From the NCBI GenBank assembly GCA_963716255.1, contig OY970303.1:416001-480000 (forward strand): a DNA stretch of 64,000 nt, read 5' to 3'. The position numbers and the translations under genes are program-made. Below the pieces are notes generated by a model. That model searched no databases and was not told the DNA's origin. It was given only the letters and a program-made list of their open reading frames with translations. Source of the DNA: an uncultured Gemmatimonadales bacterium. Lineage in GTDB: Bacteria; Gemmatimonadota; Gemmatimonadetes; Longimicrobiales; Longimicrobiaceae. Below are positions 62,301-64,000 of the stretch, one piece after another (the first letter of the stretch is position 1; each line of letters begins with the position of its first letter).

Positions 62301-64000
62301 CGTGCCCCGCAGCAGCGGCCCCGCGGCCAGGTCGAAGGGCGCCGCGGCCTCCTCGCGCGCCAGCTCGCGCACGCGCGCCTCGCGCTCCGCCTCCGGCAGC
62401 CCCGCCAGGTCCACCCGCCGGAAGGCGAAGGGCCCCGGCTCCAGCACCACCTGCGCGGCGTCGCCGTCCGCGCCGGGGCGGAACACCGTGCGCAGCGTCT
62501 CGTGCCGCCGGGCCACCTCCGCCACGCTCCGCTCCAGCGCCGCCACGTCCAGCCGGCCGCGCAGCCGCAGCGCCACGGGGAGGTTGTAGGCGGGGTCGCC
62601 CGGGTCCAGCTGCTCGATGAACCACAGCCGCTGCTGCGAGAACGACAGCGGCAGCGCGCCGGGCCCGTCGCGCGGCACCGGGACGATGGGAGGCGCCTGC
62701 TCTCCCGGCCCGTCGCCGCGCAGCGCCTCCACCCGCTCCGCCATGGCCCGCACCGTGGGCGACTCGAAGAGCGCGCGGATGGGCACCTCCACCTCCAGCG
62801 CGCGGCGCACCCGGGAGACCACCCGCGTCGCCAGCAGCGAGTGCCCGCCCATGCGGAAGAAGTCGTCCTCCGCGCCCACCCGCTCCACCCCCAGCACCTC
62901 CGCCCAGATCGCCGCCAGCGCCTCCTCCGTGGGCGTCCCCGGCGCCACGTAGCCCTCGTCCGGCGCGCCGCCCTCCGGCGCGGGAAGCGCCCCGCGGTCC
63001 ACCTTGCCGTTGGGGGTGAGCGGAAAGGCGTCCACGGCCACGAACGCGGACGGGACCATGAAGTCCGGGAGCCGCTCCCGCAGGTGGTCGCGAAGCTCCT
63101 CGGACGGCGCTTCCGCCCCCGGCTCCTGGACCACGTACGCCACCAGCCGCCCGTCCCCCGGGGGGTCCTCGCGCACCAGCACCAGCGCCTCGCGCACCTC
63201 GGCGTGCTCCAGGAGCTGCGCCGCCACCTCGCCGGGCTCGATGCGGAAGCCGCGCACCTTGACCTGGTGGTCGGCGCGGCCCAGGAACTCCAGGTTTCCG
63301 TCCTCCAGCCAGCGCGCGCGGTCGCCGGTGAAGTACATCCGCGCCCCCGGCATCCCCGAGAACGGGTCGGGGACGAAGCGCTCCGCCGTCAGCTCCGGCT
63401 GCCCCAGGTAGCCGCGCGCCACCCCCTCCCCGCCCACGAACAATTCCCCCGGCACCTCCGGCGACGACGGCTGCATGCGCCCGTCCAGCACGTACAGGCG
63501 CATGTTGGCGAAGGGCCGCCCAACGGGGACCATGGCGTCCGCGCCGCGCGCCGCGCCCCCTCCCTCGTAGAACGAGCTGTCCACCGTCGCCTCGGCCACC
63601 CCGTAGGCGTGGATCCAGCGCGTCCCGGGGGCGCACAGGGCGCGGACCTCCTCGTGCTCGCGCCCGTACCAGGCGTCCGAGCCCACCACCAGCAGCCGCA
63701 TGAAGTCCAGCCGCTCCCCCGTCTCACGCAGGTGCGCGGCGAGGGCGCGCAGCACCGCCGGGACGAACTCCGCGGTCTCCACCCCGTGCCGCCGCATCAG
63801 CGCGTACAGCGCGGGCGGGTCCAGCAGCGTGTCCACCGGCACGGGCACCAGCATCCCGCCGGAGCCCAGCGCCCGCAGGAAGTCCCCCGCGAACACGTCG
63901 AAGGAGAAGCTCGCCATCTGCAGGTGCACGGTCGGGCCGGGGCGCAGCTCGAAGGCCTCCTCCCACGCGTGGTAGGCGTTCACCCAGCTGCGGTGCTCCA
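59397..64000 (-). CDS. NRPS, C-terminal part (...A-T-C-A-T); 5' end beyond the window
   Basis: Partial A (FSFDVFAGD, code DVGEVGAVDK, Orn/Dab-like), T, C (HHIVSDEWS), A (DVEEIGVCTK), T (GGHSL), short helical tail. Confidence 0.95.
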   Translation of the reverse strand, partial: EHRSWVNAYHAWEEAFELRPGPTVHLQMASFSFDVFAGDFLRALGSGGMLVPVPVDTLLDPPALYALMRRHGVETAEFVPAVLRALAAHLRETGERLDFMRLLVVGSDAWYGREHEEVRALCAPGTRWIHAYGVAEATVDSSFYEGGGAARGADAMVPVGRPFANMRLYVLDGRMQPSSPEVPGELFVGGEGVARGYLGQPELTAERFVPDPFSGMPGARMYFTGDRARWLEDGNLEFLGRADHQVKVRGFRIEPGEVAAQLLEHAEVREALVLVREDPPGDGRLVAYVVQEPGAEAPSEELRDHLRERLPDFMVPSAFVAVDAFPLTPNGKVDRGALPAPEGGAPDEGYVAPGTPTEEALAAIWAEVLGVERVGAEDDFFRMGGHSLLATRVVSRVRRALEVEVPIRALFESPTVRAMAERVEALRGDGPGEQAPPIVPVPRDGPGALPLSFSQQRLWFIEQLDPGDPAYNLPVALRLRGRLDVAALERSVAEVARRHETLRTVFRPGADGDAAQVVLEPGPFAFRRVDLAGLPEAEREARVRELAREEAAAPFDLAAGPLLRGTLLRLGEDHAVALFTVHHIVSDEWSTPILVREVSALYGASLHGEPSPLPELPVQYADYAAWQRRWLDGETTGRQLAYWRERLRGAPPLLELPTDRPRPAAPSPEGGFRVFHLPAELADALRALSRREGATLFMTLLAGFQALLARYAGTDDVLVGTPVAGRTRLETEGMIGFFVNTLVLRADLSADPTTRELLAQARERMLEAQTHQDLPFERLVDELRVERSLGHTPLFQVMFTLAELGGEPLRLGEVEVEPLATETGATPFDLALVLFGEDGGLRCGVEFRAELWDAATVDRMMEHFRVLLEGMAAEPSARVSALPLMPPGERERVVERWNDTAYDFPRHLTLHGAFAARAVLAPDAPAVVFEGGELTFAGLDARAAEVAARLRELGVGPEERVGISMDRGPEMPAAILGALKAGAAYVPLDPGYPEDRLRWVLEDCGARVLLTQEALADRFGWFAGEVVAVDTSLQHDTPVDAGVLSHSSSPDNLAYVIYTSGSTGRPKGVAVPHRAVVNFAVDMAARMGLGAGDRVLQFASLGFDVVVEELFPTWLAGAAVVLAGEDLFSPPELTRAIAKHGVTGLELPTAYWHEWTYDLVHGGGRVPECVRWVIVGGERVAPERLAEWATLGVPLVHVFGLTETACTSTTLRLEAGDDGGARRHNLPVGTPHGNVRLYVLDPHGEPVPAGVPGELFIGGEGVARGYLERPDLTAERFVPDPFSAEPGARLYRTGDRVRRLADAGLEVLGRMDFQVKIRGFRIETGEVEAVLTDHPAVREAFVMAREDAPGDRRLAAYVVGEGARGPDVEVLRAWLRGRLPDYMVPADWVVLEALPLTSNGKTDRAALPAPDASAAEREYAAPRTAVEEVLADIWRDVLGVERVGVHDDFFALGGHSLLATRVVTRTRRMLHAELPLRVLFETPTVAGLAAALARLEPRPGQTEKAAKMLRLVAGMSPEEVQRILRERRAAGRG

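Noticed and set aside
59386..63636. N-terminal ~1400 aa of the 6827-aa ORF
   Set aside because: Out-of-frame overlap with the upstream NRPS; the real start is at 59385/59400.

Overview
Very GC-rich bacterial DNA. The repeat style and gene content suggest Gemmatimonadota (Longimicrobium-like), but that is inference only. The left half (1-32 kb) holds: a penicillin-acylase-like gene (partial); tRNA-Lys(TTT); a CAP-domain gene behind a c-di-GMP-I riboswitch; an orphan ATP-grasp ligase; tex; the ffh-rpsP-rimM-trmD-rplS-rnhB block, with an IS630 inserted in the rplS stop codon; yitJ and metH behind a SAM-II riboswitch plus terminator; an uncharacterised three-gene module (dikinase-like protein, degenerate-phosphoesterase/TM/GAF-like membrane protein, NDT/DUF4406-like protein); secreted peptidases; and a 6-Cys peptide. 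Eight copies of a ~135-nt multi-stem repeat with clear compensatory base changes lie in the intergenic spaces, and one is split by a ~296-bp MITE. The right half (32.3-64 kb) is the distal part of a minus-strand NRPS cluster that continues past the window. Seven A domains are visible, mostly with basic-residue pockets, and there is no terminal TE. Accessory genes are VioC/VioD-like capreomycidine enzymes, an HmaS-like dioxygenase + aminotransferase + Ldh_2 dehydrogenase (candidate Hmo-free hydroxyphenylglycine route), a type II TE, a SyrD-type exporter and a methyltransferase. Palindromic repeats are inserted in frame in two A domains. All calls are by eye; no database searches were run.
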